From Polyangiaceae bacterium (GTDB taxonomy: Bacteria; Myxococcota_A; Polyangia; Polyangiales; Polyangiaceae), in contig JBGANF010000059.1 in the NCBI GenBank assembly GCA_044222475.1, positions 1 through 43,213 of the forward strand: a DNA stretch of 43,213 nt, in the 5' to 3' direction. This document shows, in pieces, positions 1-10,133 of this stretch (positions within the stretch are counted from its first letter, which is position 1; each line of letters begins with the position of its first letter). Under the pieces are notes generated by a model. That model saw only the letters and a program-made list of their open reading frames with translations, had not been told where the DNA came from and did no database searches. The position numbers and the translations under genes are program-made.

Positions 1-480
1 GCCGAGGCGCAGGACCACTTGCCGGACTTTCGTCGCTTCGCCGTGATGAGCGCGTTCGACGAGGGATGGGCGCTCTACGCCGAGCAGCTCCGCGACGAAC
101 AAGGCGGCTACACGAAGCTCGAGCGCGTCGGGTACCTCGCGCAGCAGCTCTGGCGCGCGGCGCGGCTCGTCGTCGACACCGGCCTCCACACCGGCGCCAT
201 GAGCCGAGCGGCCGCAGTGCGGTACCTGGAACGAATCGCGCTCCTCCCTCGGGCGCGCGCCGAAGCGGAGGTGCGGCGCTACCTCGACTGCCCGGCGCAG
301 GCGCTCGCGTATTGGGTGGGAAAGGAGAGGCTGCTTTCGCTTCGCGCGAAGGTGAAGCGAATCCAAGGGCCCGCGCGGTTCGATCTGAAGCGCTTTCACC
401 GGAAACTCCTCTCGCTCGGAGCCGTGCCTCTCGGCGAAGCGGAAGAGGTCATGCTCGGGTGGGCGAAGACCCAACGGTAG
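1..480 (+). CDS. DUF885 family protein, C-terminal part (5' end outside window)
   Basis: Family-typical motifs AFDEGWALYAEQL, RAARLVVDTGLH, EVRRY..PAQALAY, FDLKRFH..LL..G.VPL. Confidence 0.85.
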   Translation, partial: AEAQDHLPDFRRFAVMSAFDEGWALYAEQLRDEQGGYTKLERVGYLAQQLWRAARLVVDTGLHTGAMSRAAAVRYLERIALLPRARAEAEVRRYLDCPAQALAYWVGKERLLSLRAKVKRIQGPARFDLKRFHRKLLSLGAVPLGEAEEVMLGWAKTQR

Positions 481-509
481 CGCCGTGGTACCTTCGAGCC
501 TGACGAGCG

Positions 510-1688
510 ATGACGCGCCTCTCGGTGATCGCACCTTGCAAAGACGAGGAGCTGAACCTTCGCGAGCTCGCGCGTCGAGTCCTGGTCACGTTCGACGCGG
601 GTGGCCTGGATGGGGAGCTCGTGCTCGTCGACGACGGCAGCACCGATGGGACGTGGAGCGGCATCGAGGCGCTCGTCGCCGAGCACCCGATGCGCATCGT
701 GGGCCGGCGACACGCCCGAAACGCGGGCATCGCCGCGTCTTGGCGCACCGGCGTCGCGGCGGCGCGAGGCGAGCTCGTCGCGATCATGGACGCGGATCTT
801 CAGTACGCCCCCGAGGATCTTCTCCGCCTCCTCCGAGAACGCGAGAGCCACGGCGTCGACGTCGTGCAGGGCTTTCGAAGCCCGGTGGGGCGCGAGCGAG
901 GTGGTCGCTACTGGCTCAGCCGAGGTCTCAACGCGTTGCTCAACGCGACCTTCGGCATGCGCCTGCGCGACAACAAGAGCGGGTTCTTGGTGTGCCGTCG
1001 CGAGGTGCTCGCCGATCTTCTGACGTTCCGGCAACCGTACGCCTACTGGCAGACGTTCATCATGGTCGCAGCACACGCGAAGGGCTACTCGTACCGAGAG
1101 GTCGAGACGCTCTTCGAGAGCCGCCGCGCCGGGACGAGCTTTCTCGACGGCTCGACGGCGCGCGCCGTGGTGCGATCCTTCGGTGACATCGCGCTGGCGG
1201 CTTCGGAGTACGGGACGTTCCTGGCGCGACCGAGACCGCGCGCTCACCCGTCGGTCCCCGAGCGGCGGCCGCCCACGGAACCGGTACCCCATAAGCGACC
1301 GGTGAAGGGCCTTCGGTGGGACGCCTACATGGCGACGTTCGATCGCACGCACTGGCTCATCACGCGTGACGTCGAGCGCTACTACGAATCGCTCCTCGAG
1401 TCGCAGTGGCTTTCTCGCTCGCAGCTTCGCGACCTGCAGGACGCGAAGCTGCGCGACCTCGTGCGTCACGCGTACGACACGACGCCGTTCCACCGCGAGC
1501 GCATGCAACGCGCCGGCCTCCGACCCGAAGACATCCGCTCGACGGCGGACCTGCACAAGCTCCCCTTTCTCACGAAGGACGACGTGCGGAGTCGCCCCCC
1601 TCGTGTGCTTCGTCGACCGCGCCCAGCTCGAACGACGCTGGGCCGCGACGCTTCGGTCGCAGGAGTGGACGGGGTACCGCTTCGGTGA
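510..1688 (+). CDS. GT2 glycosyltransferase (DPM/ArnC-like) fused to the N-terminus of a phenylacetate-CoA ligase/CapK-like domain; true frame lost at ~1596
   Basis: VIAPCKDEE, LVDDGSTDGT, MDADLQY..ED; then SQWLSR..LRDLQ..KLRDLV.HAY...PF...DL.KLPFLTKDDVR (PaaK/CapK N-terminus); the tail after ~1596 is out-of-frame text. Confidence 0.8.
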   Translation: MTRLSVIAPCKDEELNLRELARRVLVTFDAGGLDGELVLVDDGSTDGTWSGIEALVAEHPMRIVGRRHARNAGIAASWRTGVAAARGELVAIMDADLQYAPEDLLRLLRERESHGVDVVQGFRSPVGRERGGRYWLSRGLNALLNATFGMRLRDNKSGFLVCRREVLADLLTFRQPYAYWQTFIMVAAHAKGYSYREVETLFESRRAGTSFLDGSTARAVVRSFGDIALAASEYGTFLARPRPRAHPSVPERRPPTEPVPHKRPVKGLRWDAYMATFDRTHWLITRDVERYYESLLESQWLSRSQLRDLQDAKLRDLVRHAYDTTPFHRERMQRAGLRPEDIRSTADLHKLPFLTKDDVRSRPPRVLRRPRPARTTLGRDASVAGVDGVPLR

Positions 1689-2625
1689 TCCGTGCGTGCG
1701 ACTCTGGCATCAGACGGTGGGCCTCTCGAAGTCGCAGGCCCGAAAGGAACGACTCGACGCGCTCTTCTCGCGGCGGCGGTTCGTGCCGATCTTCGAGCTG
1801 AGCCACGACCGCATCGCCGAGACCATCGCCGACCTCGAAGCGTGGCGACCGGTTCTCATGGACGGCTACGCAGAAGCGTTCGACCTGCTCGCCAAGTACG
1901 TCGCACGGCACGGCCGAATCGCCGCGCGGCCGCGCGCGATCATGACGAGCGCGCAGACGCTACCTCACGCCAGCCGGCGCATCATCGAGGACGCGTTCGG
2001 CTGCCGCGTCTTCGACAAGTACGGCGCGCGCGAGTTCTCCGGCATCGCGTACGAGTGCGAGGCTCACCGCCATCACCACGTCGTCGCGGAGAGCTACGTC
2101 GTCGAGATCCTGCGTGACGGCGTCCCGGCGAAACCGGGCGAAACCGGCGAGGTCGTCATCACCGACCTCGACAACCGCTGTCAGCCGTTCTTGCGCTACC
2201 GGATCGGAGATCTCGCCGTCGCGACCGACCCGGACGAGCGCTGCGGATGCGGGCGCGAGCTACCCCGGATCGGCGCCATCGAAGGCCGCGTACAGTCGAT
2301 CGTCGTGGGTGCGCACGGTCGCTACGTGCCGGGGACGTTCTTCGCGCACCTGTTCAAGGAGTACGACCACGCGATTCGTCGCTTCCAGGTCGTCCAGCTG
2401 ACTCCTGGCGCCATCGTGCTGCGCTTGGTGAAGGCAGGTCGCTACTCGAACGCGGTGCTCGAGGAGATCCTCGCGCTGAGCCGCGAGGCGTTGGGGCACG
2501 ACATGCGCATCGACGTCGAGTTCACGCCGCAGATCGATCTCGGACCGACGGGCAAGCGCAACGTGTGCGTTTCTCGCCTCGACGTCGACTTCCAGGCGGG
2601 TGCGCCACGACGGATTCACCCATGA
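1597..2625 (+). pseudogene. C-terminal part of phenylacetate-CoA ligase/CapK family adenylate-forming domain, in +1 frame relative to 510-1596
   Basis: KYGAREFSGIAYEC, GEVVITDL.N..QPFLRYRIGD, IEGR, GPTGK; no own start; the TSGSTG-type loop expected just before PLVCFVD is absent. Confidence 0.75.
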
Positions 2626-3290
2626 CGACGGAGAGCGCCGAGGCCACGAACGATCGACTCGCGCGCGAGCACCCGATCGACGACTACTACGATCGCTCCC
2701 CGTGGTTCGTGCGATGGATCGAGCGGGAACGCCTGCGCATCGTGCGCGAGCTCTGCGCGGTCGAGCCGGGCATGCGCCTGCTCGAGATCGGGTCGGGGGG
2801 TGGGCACGTCCTCCGCCAGTTCCCCGAAGCGCGGCTGGTCGCGGTCGACGTCTCTGGCGTCTACCTCGACAACGCGCGACGGAACCTCGACGGGTACGAC
2901 GTCGAGTTTCACAAGGGCGAGATCCAGGACCTCGCGTTCGCGAGCGCGAGCTTCGATCGGATCGTGTGCTCGGAGGTGCTCGAGCACGTGGAGCGCCCCG
3001 AGGTCGTGCTGACCGAGATGGCGCGGCTGCTCACCCCGCGAGGCATCGCGGTCGTGACGATCCCCAACGACGCGCTCATCGCGTCGCTGAAGAAGTGGGT
3101 GCGCCGCACGCCAGCGGGCTGGGCGCTGCGCTCGCGCATCGACTGGGGCGGCGACCGCTACCACCTGCACCAGTGGCGACCGAGCGAGCTCCGCGCCGTT
3201 CTTCAGCGGCACTTCGTCGTCACCGCGCAACGTGCGGCGCCGTTCGATCGCCTGCCGCTGCGCGTCTGCTACTCCTGCACGCGCCGATAG
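2622..3290 (+). CDS. Class I SAM-dependent methyltransferase
   Basis: LLEIGSGGG motif I, FDRIVCSEVLEHV; ATGA overlap with the upstream stop. Confidence 0.88.
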   Translation: MTTESAEATNDRLAREHPIDDYYDRSPWFVRWIERERLRIVRELCAVEPGMRLLEIGSGGGHVLRQFPEARLVAVDVSGVYLDNARRNLDGYDVEFHKGEIQDLAFASASFDRIVCSEVLEHVERPEVVLTEMARLLTPRGIAVVTIPNDALIASLKKWVRRTPAGWALRSRIDWGGDRYHLHQWRPSELRAVLQRHFVVTAQRAAPFDRLPLRVCYSCTRR

Positions 3291-4873
3291 AGCCACCACG
3301 CGCCACGGTGCGAGACCAGCTCGATCGACGGGTCGTCGCGAAAGCGCCACCCGGGATCGGTCGCATCGCGAACGAGGAACTCATCGAACCACGCGCCGTG
3401 TTTTCGCACGTCGAACTTCTCCGGCTCCCACTCCCAGCGATCGGGAACCGGAGGAGGAACGACGCCACCCTCGCGGTAGCGAATGGGACTGAACTGCCAG
3501 CTCACGAAGTTGAACGACAGCCACCCGCCCTTGATCGCCTGAACCCAGGCCGGGAGGTGCACGAACGGCGAGTGCGAGCGTGAGCCCCCGGTGTGCTCGT
3601 AGACGAGGTAGAGGAGCTTGGGCGCCGGCTTCACGAGCGGGGCGATCTCTCGAAACGACGCGGTGACGTCCTCGAACTCGTCGTACTGCTCGGCGACGAA
3701 GTACCCGACCCGTGCGGTGGCGAGCCCGATCGCGACGACGAAGGCGAGCTTGATCGGCGGCGCGCGCGGCATGTCCGGCAGGGCGCCGAGCGCGATGAAC
3801 AGGGCCGGCGTGATCTCGCGCGGGTACACGTACCACCAGTTGCCCATCGACATCGGCAGCACGAAGTACGCGAGGACGAACCCTCCTGCGAGGAGCAGCG
3901 GAAGCGTCGTCACGCCGATGCCCCACCGCCGCTCGCGGGGCGACCGACGCCGGGCGCGGCCGCTGGCGAAGAACGCCACGGTGGCGGACACCGCGAGCAC
4001 GAGAAGGACGATGCCCATCTGCACGAAGAGCCGGTGCTCTTCTTCCCCGGCTTCGTACTGGAACCCGTGACAGAGGTGCTCTTCGATCTTCGCCGCGTCG
4101 AGCCTCGATGCGTCGAACGAGAGCGGTCCGACCGACGTGGACTCGAAGGCGGCTTCGCGAAACAGACGCCACGCGGCAAAGACGATCACGCTCGGAAGGA
4201 GGGGCATCACGATCACCCGGAGGCGCTTCGTCGCCGGGTACATCACGACCGCCGTGGCCACGACCGCCAGCACCGCGAAGGGGAACCGATAGATGTGGGT
4301 GAAGAAGACCGCCAACAGCGAGACGGCGAGGAGCACGTGCCGCTTCGGCGTCGGACGGTCGACGACCATCAGCGTGAAGCCGACGCACGCGGCGAAGAGG
4401 CCCACCGCCCCCATGAAATTGAGGAAGCCCCAGTGCGTGAGGTTGCTCCACACGAGACCCAAGCCGAGCAGACCCCACAGCGGGCTCTTCTTCATGCCGG
4501 CGAACAGCACGCCGAGACCGAGCGGGAGGAGCGAGAGCATGACTGCTGCCGCGATCTTGGCCGCGACCGAGACCGGGAACAGGAGCGACAGGAGCGCGCC
4601 GAGCACGTAGAACGAGACGTACGGGGCGGACCACAGGTGCAGCGTGAACTGCTCCTGAAAGTGCCAGTTCGGGTTCCAGTAGTTGCGCAGGATCGACATC
4701 GCGGCCGCGTGGAACGGCATGTCGGTCATCGGCGGATACGTGACGACCCAGAACGGATAGACGACGACGTAGACCGCGAAGCCGAGCGCGAGCACGCGCG
4801 TCAGCGAGTCGATCGGGCGCGCAACGAAGTGCCGCCATGCCAACTTGGGGCTCACGAGACGCTGGGATACCAC
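3269..4873 (-). CDS. Multi-pass membrane protein, probably GT-C-like glycosyltransferase
   Basis: About 10 hydrophobic segments; YPPMTDMPFH after TM1, WGFLNF; soluble C-terminal domain; glycan gene context. Confidence 0.6.
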   Translation of the reverse strand: MVSQRLVSPKLAWRHFVARPIDSLTRVLALGFAVYVVVYPFWVVTYPPMTDMPFHAAAMSILRNYWNPNWHFQEQFTLHLWSAPYVSFYVLGALLSLLFPVSVAAKIAAAVMLSLLPLGLGVLFAGMKKSPLWGLLGLGLVWSNLTHWGFLNFMGAVGLFAACVGFTLMVVDRPTPKRHVLLAVSLLAVFFTHIYRFPFAVLAVVATAVVMYPATKRLRVIVMPLLPSVIVFAAWRLFREAAFESTSVGPLSFDASRLDAAKIEEHLCHGFQYEAGEEEHRLFVQMGIVLLVLAVSATVAFFASGRARRRSPRERRWGIGVTTLPLLLAGGFVLAYFVLPMSMGNWWYVYPREITPALFIALGALPDMPRAPPIKLAFVVAIGLATARVGYFVAEQYDEFEDVTASFREIAPLVKPAPKLLYLVYEHTGGSRSHSPFVHLPAWVQAIKGGWLSFNFVSWQFSPIRYREGGVVPPPVPDRWEWEPEKFDVRKHGAWFDEFLVRDATDPGWRFRDDPSIELVSHRGAWWLYRRVQE

Positions 4874-4893
4874 GTATCGTCGCGACGGAAGCC

Positions 4894-5844
4894 ATGGGGC
4901 AACCAGTCGCAGGCAAGACGGTGATGGTCACCGGCGGGTGCGGTTTCATCGGCTCGCACCTCGTCAGTCGACTCGTGCGCGAAGGCGCGGCGCGGGTGAT
5001 CGTCGTCGATGGGCTGCGATGCGGCGACGAGCAGCGCGTGCGAGAAGCCGGCCCGAACGTCGAGCTCGTTCGGCACGAACTCGGCCACGGACCCGACGAG
5101 GAGCTGCGTCGGGCCCTCTCCGGAGTCGAGCTCGTGTTCCACCTCGCGGCGGAGAAGCACAACGCGTCCATCGATGATCCGCTCCGCGTCTACCGCTCCA
5201 ACGTCGTCGGGACGCACCTTCTCTTGGAGGCTGCGGCCGACGCCGGGGTGAAGAAGGTCGTGTTCTCATCGTCCCTGTACGCGTACGGGCGTGACCGCGG
5301 CGCGCCGTTCGACGAGTCCGAGACTCCGCATCCCATCACGCCGTACGGAATCAGCAAGCTCGCGGGTGAGCACCTCGTCTCGGCGTGGAGAACCCGCTTC
5401 GAACGGGAAGCGAGCATCCTCCGCTACATGTTCGTGTACGGCCCGCGACAGCTCGCCGGGCTCGGGTACAAGTCGGTCATCGTGCGGACCTTCGAGCGCC
5501 TCGCCGCCGGGCTCCCACCGATCCTCCACGGAGACGGGTCGCAGGCGTTGGACTACGTGTACGTCGACGACGTCGTCACCGCCACGCTTCTCGCGATGGA
5601 GCGCGACGCAGGCGACGGCCCGCTCAACGTCGGATCGGGCGTGGGCACGACGATCCGAGAGCTCGTCACGCGGATGGCCCGAGTGGCCGGTGACACCGCC
5701 GAGCCCGAGCTCGCGCCGGCCGACGCGACTGCGGGAAGCACGAGGGTCGCTCGCGTCGAGCGGATCGCGCGGGCGCTCGGCTGGCGCGCGACGACCCCGC
5801 TCGACGTCGGCCTCGCTGCGGTCTGGCGAGATTCGAAGAAGTGA
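4894..5844 (+). CDS. NAD-dependent epimerase/dehydratase (UDP-glucose 4-epimerase-like)
   Basis: VTGGCGFIGSHL, HLAA, FSSS, YGISK, YGPRQ, GDGSQ.LDYVYVDDV. Confidence 0.9.
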   Translation: MGQPVAGKTVMVTGGCGFIGSHLVSRLVREGAARVIVVDGLRCGDEQRVREAGPNVELVRHELGHGPDEELRRALSGVELVFHLAAEKHNASIDDPLRVYRSNVVGTHLLLEAAADAGVKKVVFSSSLYAYGRDRGAPFDESETPHPITPYGISKLAGEHLVSAWRTRFEREASILRYMFVYGPRQLAGLGYKSVIVRTFERLAAGLPPILHGDGSQALDYVYVDDVVTATLLAMERDAGDGPLNVGSGVGTTIRELVTRMARVAGDTAEPELAPADATAGSTRVARVERIARALGWRATTPLDVGLAAVWRDSKK

Positions 5845-5848
5845 CGCT

Positions 5849-8062
5849 TCAGGGCGGAGGCGACGCACTCGGCGCGGCCGACGGCGGCGGCTTCACGTAC
5901 GCCGGAGCGTTCGTGCCCATCACCGAAGTGCTGCGACCGCGCGCGGGGAGCATCTTGTCGAGCTTGCCGAGGTACCACGCGACGCCACCGACGAGGACGA
6001 CCGTGAGGACGATGTAGAGCCACCAGGGGCGCCCCTTCTCCTCGTACGGGTCGTGCAGGGTTCGCTTCGAGCCGTCGGGCAGCGCGGGGAGCTTCGTCAG
6101 CGATCCGCCGAACGGCACGTTGAGCTTCGCCATCGCGTTCACCGCCCAGCCGTTGGCGTCGAGGAGCGGACCGAGGTTGCGCTTGCGCAGCTTGAGCCAC
6201 GCGACGGCCATCGACGGCCCCGAGATCGCGAGCATCAAGCCGACCACGCCGAGCGGCATCCAGATGCCGAGCCCGAAGAACGCGCTCATGATGACGCCGA
6301 ACGCCGCGGTGATGCCGCCGACCGCCACGCCGAGCGCCGCGACGGTGCCGATGTCGATCTTCGACTCCTCCTGAGGAGGCGCCTCGACCTTCCCGTCGAT
6401 CGCGTGATCGACCTTGGTCGCGTGGGCGGTCGCCTTCGCGTCGGCGTCGGCCTGGGCCGCGGCCGCTCGCTTCGCGATCTGCTCCTCGATCATCCGGAGG
6501 ACCTTCTTGTACGGAGACCAGAAGGCTTGGCGAATGCTGATCGGGTTGTCGATGATCTTGGTGACGGTCGCGTCCCAGTCGCCGCCCTTGCGGTCGTAGA
6601 AGATGCCGTTGCGGCCGACCATCAAGTTGTCGACGTCGCCGCCGGTCATCGCGGCCGCGATCGACATCGTCTCCCCCTTGGAGTTCTTGAGGTCGCAGTA
6701 GAGGAGGTACATGTTCGACATCGACGCCATGCTCGCGTGACGTCCGGCGTCCGCGACCGCGACGCACAGCTCGCAGGCTCGCTGATCGAGGTAGAGCGTC
6801 CCGAGCTGGAACGTCGCCGGGGTCTTCTTCCCGTAGAAATCGCGGAAGGAGACGAAGTTGTTCGCGAGCGAGATGAGATCGCGCGCGTACCGGACGAGCC
6901 GCTCGACCGACAGGATCGCGGCGGCGACCGGCTCGGCCTTCTTCTCTTCGGCGAGGAGCTTCTCGAGTCGGTCCTTGGCGTCGGACGCGGCGATCTCCTT
7001 GACCCGCGCCGCGCCCAACTTCTCGACCGAGGCACCCTTCTTCGCCGCGGCCCACGCCGCGTGCGCTTCGAGCTTGGCGAGGACCGCGTGCCAGTCGTTC
7101 TCGGTCAGCATCGTCTTGTCGCCGATGGCGGGCTTGACCGCCTTGGCGCGAAGATCCGCGATGGCGCCCTTCCACGCCGGGTTGAGCCCCTTCTCCAGCG
7201 GCAGCGCGCCGTCGGCGGTCACTTGGGCGAGGGGAAAGTGCGCGAGCTCCTTCGCGGTGACGTCGAGATCCTTCGCCGCGATCGCGAGGTACTCCGCCTC
7301 TTCGCGGTTGACCGCGCCGAGCGCGCGCGGGTCGAACGCGGCGACCTTGGTCCGAGCGAAGAAGTCGTCGACCTTGGAGCGAACCGCCACCACCGCCGCC
7401 CACGCGTCGGCCGCGCCGTCGAAGGGGCGCGTCTTCGCGTCGGCGTCGCCGGCAGCGAGCCACTCGGCGTGGGCCTTCACGTCGTCCAGAAACCCGGTCG
7501 CGAGCTCGGCCGTGAGCCCGGGGGCTCCGCTCTTGTCGGTCGCCGGAGTCACGCAGGACAGCGCGTCCTCGACGAGCTTCTTCGTGACCGCGTCCGACGC
7601 GGACTCGACGGTGACGACCCCGTCGCCGTTGAACGGGCGCTTGTTGAACGCTTCGATCGCGTTCGCGGTGTCGGCGACGCTGATCGACTTCGCGTCGGCC
7701 TTCCCGATCGACGTGAGGACGGCCTTCGCCGAGGCGAGGATGTGCTTCCCCTCCTCTTCCTCTTCGTTGATGGCCGACAGGGGCAGAGACTTGCCGCCCT
7801 TCCCCAACACCTTGGGGTCGGTGACCATCTTTCCCGCCCACTCGGCCGCGGCGATGAGCTCGTTCGCGCGGACCCGGCCGTCCTTGTCGGTGTCGATCAG
7901 CTCGAGGGTGCGCTCGTCGAACTCGATGCCTTTGACCGGGCAGGCGAGCGCCACCCAGAGCTTCTGGTCCAACTCGCGCAGGGCAACGAGGTCTTCCCCG
8001 CTGCTGATCTCGACCTGGTCGAACCCACCAATGCGCGCAAAGCTCCAGACATGCGTGGCCAT
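5849..8062 (-). CDS. Conserved hypothetical membrane-anchored protein with N-terminal EF-hand-like motif
   Basis: GGFDQV..LDQKLWVALACP; DTDKDGRV EF-hand-like loop; helical middle; GRNGIFYDRKG.DWDA; C-terminal TM helices. Confidence 0.75.
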   Translation of the reverse strand: MATHVWSFARIGGFDQVEISSGEDLVALRELDQKLWVALACPVKGIEFDERTLELIDTDKDGRVRANELIAAAEWAGKMVTDPKVLGKGGKSLPLSAINEEEEEGKHILASAKAVLTSIGKADAKSISVADTANAIEAFNKRPFNGDGVVTVESASDAVTKKLVEDALSCVTPATDKSGAPGLTAELATGFLDDVKAHAEWLAAGDADAKTRPFDGAADAWAAVVAVRSKVDDFFARTKVAAFDPRALGAVNREEAEYLAIAAKDLDVTAKELAHFPLAQVTADGALPLEKGLNPAWKGAIADLRAKAVKPAIGDKTMLTENDWHAVLAKLEAHAAWAAAKKGASVEKLGAARVKEIAASDAKDRLEKLLAEEKKAEPVAAAILSVERLVRYARDLISLANNFVSFRDFYGKKTPATFQLGTLYLDQRACELCVAVADAGRHASMASMSNMYLLYCDLKNSKGETMSIAAAMTGGDVDNLMVGRNGIFYDRKGGDWDATVTKIIDNPISIRQAFWSPYKKVLRMIEEQIAKRAAAAQADADAKATAHATKVDHAIDGKVEAPPQEESKIDIGTVAALGVAVGGITAAFGVIMSAFFGLGIWMPLGVVGLMLAISGPSMAVAWLKLRKRNLGPLLDANGWAVNAMAKLNVPFGGSLTKLPALPDGSKRTLHDPYEEKGRPWWLYIVLTVVLVGGVAWYLGKLDKMLPARGRSTSVMGTNAPAYVKPPPSAAPSASPPP

Positions 8063-8126
8063 GTAAGTGCGATACACTTTTTCACGCCCTTCGGGGCGGC
8101 ATTTCGTGCGACCCTCCTGCCTGCCC

Positions 8127-10133
8127 ATGCGCTCGTTGCGCCCTTCCACGACCCTCGCGCTCCTCCCGCTTTTGTTCGTCGCTTCGCAGGCTTCGGCCGC
8201 CGAGGTGACGCCTTCGATCGACGCCCGAACCTACCGCCCGATCCCCGACGCGAAGGCCGGGCTCGTCATGGAATCGCTGTCGACGCCGGGCGGCGGCGCG
8301 TTCCACCTCGGGGCGGTGAGCTCGTTCTCGTTTCGGCCCATCAGCCTGACGAGCACCCGCGACGGGAGCGTCACCTATCCGCTCGAAGCGAACTGGGCGC
8401 TCGACCTGCTCGCGAGCCTCGGCATCGGCAAGCGCACGATGATCGGCCTCTCGCTGCCCATGGTGCTCTACCAAGGCGGCGAGACCCAGCGGAGCGTCGT
8501 GTCGTCGTCGGGTCTTCCCGCGACGGCCATCGGCGACATGGGGCTCCACGGCAAGGCCGCCTTCATCGACAACGCCGACGGCGGGTTCGGCCTCGGTGCG
8601 ACCGCCATCCTCACCCTGCCGACGGGATCGCAGGCGGGGTTCGCCGGCGAAGGCGCGGCGACCATTCAGCTCAAAGTACTTGCAGACTACAACCTCGGGG
8701 TGGCGAGCCTCCAGGCGAGCCTCGGGTTCAAGCTCCGCACCCAGACGCGCACGTGGCCGGACGCGAGCGTCGGCGGGTACACGTTCGGGGACGAGATCCC
8801 GTGGGCGATCGGGATTCGGCTGCGCCCCGACGTGTTCCACCTCGACAAGGAAGACCGTCAGCTCTGGGAAATCGGCGTGCGCGGTTCGCTGCCGGCCGGG
8901 CCCGTCGGGCCGTTCGGCACGGGCGAGCCGGGCAGCAAGGCGCTCTCGCCGGTGCTGTTCGCGCTGTCGGATCGCATCGGCCTCGGCAAGGACAAGGACA
9001 CCTACGTCCTCGGCGGGCTCGAGCTCGGCTTGAACGACGCGGTGGGAACTCCGGCCTTCCGCTTCGTCGCCGGCGTCGGCTGGGCGCCGCGCGAGCACGA
9101 CAAGGATCACGACGGCATTCGAGACGACGTCGACCAGTGCGAGGACATCCCGGAGGACCGTGACGGGTACGAAGACTCCGACGGCTGCCCCGAGATCGAC
9201 AACGACGACGACGGCATCATCGATCGGGAAGACCGCTGCCCGATCACGAAGGGCGTCCCGAGCGAGGACAAGTCGAAGAACGGCTGCCCGGCCGAGGACA
9301 AGGACGGCGACGGCGTCTCCGATCTCGAAGACGCGTGCCCGATCACTCCGGGCGTGAAGAGCACGAACACGAGGCTCAACGGTTGCCCCACGTCCGACAA
9401 GGACGGCGACGGCATCCCCGACCTGCTCGACAAGTGCCCCGACGAAGCCGAGGACAAGGACGGCTTCCAAGACGAAGACGGATGCCCCGATCCGGACGAC
9501 GACGGCGACGGCGTCGCCGACAAGGACGACGCGTGCCCGAAGATCGCCGGCGAGCCGTCGACCGATCCGAAATACAACGGCTGCGCGAACCCCGATCGCG
9601 ACGGCGACACGTACTTCAACGACAAGGACGAGTGCCCGGACGCCGCCGAGGTCTTCAACGGCGTGAAGGACGAAGACGGCTGCCCCGACGAAGGCGGGAA
9701 GCCGCTCCTCACGATCGATCCGAAGAACGTGATTCGGTTCGTGACGCCGCTCAAGCTCGGCGGCACGGCCGACGCGCCCACCGTCGACGACGCGAGCCTC
9801 CCGACGCTGCGCGCGCTCGCGCTCGAGCTCGCCCGTCATCGCGACTGGACGCTCGCGATCGGCGCCAAGCCGACCGCCGGCACCGCCGACGCGCAGAACG
9901 CCGCGCTCACGCGCGCGTTCACCATCGTCGACAAGATCCTCGGGTGGGTCCGCCGCGACGGCTCGGTCGAGACGGTCGGGTGGGATGCCGTGAAGGCTCA
10001 GCCGACCGCGGCCGCGGGGACCGCGGGCGTCGGGTTCCTGCTCTTGGTGGCACCGCCTCCTCCGCCGCCGGTCACTCCGAAGCCGCCGCCCCCTACTCCC
10101 CCCAAGCCGCCTGCGGCTCCACCGAAGAAATGA
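8127..10133 (+). CDS. Outer-membrane beta-barrel + thrombospondin type 3 repeats + degenerate OmpA-like domain
   Basis: Signal peptide; amphipathic beta-strand region; many D.DGDG..D..D.CP / ED.DGF.D.DGCP repeats; Pro-rich tail. Confidence 0.85.
   Translation: MRSLRPSTTLALLPLLFVASQASAAEVTPSIDARTYRPIPDAKAGLVMESLSTPGGGAFHLGAVSSFSFRPISLTSTRDGSVTYPLEANWALDLLASLGIGKRTMIGLSLPMVLYQGGETQRSVVSSSGLPATAIGDMGLHGKAAFIDNADGGFGLGATAILTLPTGSQAGFAGEGAATIQLKVLADYNLGVASLQASLGFKLRTQTRTWPDASVGGYTFGDEIPWAIGIRLRPDVFHLDKEDRQLWEIGVRGSLPAGPVGPFGTGEPGSKALSPVLFALSDRIGLGKDKDTYVLGGLELGLNDAVGTPAFRFVAGVGWAPREHDKDHDGIRDDVDQCEDIPEDRDGYEDSDGCPEIDNDDDGIIDREDRCPITKGVPSEDKSKNGCPAEDKDGDGVSDLEDACPITPGVKSTNTRLNGCPTSDKDGDGIPDLLDKCPDEAEDKDGFQDEDGCPDPDDDGDGVADKDDACPKIAGEPSTDPKYNGCANPDRDGDTYFNDKDECPDAAEVFNGVKDEDGCPDEGGKPLLTIDPKNVIRFVTPLKLGGTADAPTVDDASLPTLRALALELARHRDWTLAIGAKPTAGTADAQNAALTRAFTIVDKILGWVRRDGSVETVGWDAVKAQPTAAAGTAGVGFLLLVAPPPPPPVTPKPPPPTPPKPPAAPPKK

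Noticed and set aside
1595..1600. Phase-variable or programmed frameshift at C6
   Set aside because: Restoring the frame would still leave the TSGSTG segment missing; the run is short
5291..9163. 1290-aa plus-strand ORF and many other long overlapping ORFs (e.g. 24943-27849, 29538-31520, 39056-41245)
   Set aside because: Arg/Ala-rich shadow frames of real genes, expected at high GC; no motifs
9095..9690. DNA repeats GACGGCGACGGC / GGCTGCCCC
   Set aside because: Explained by thrombospondin type 3 protein repeats
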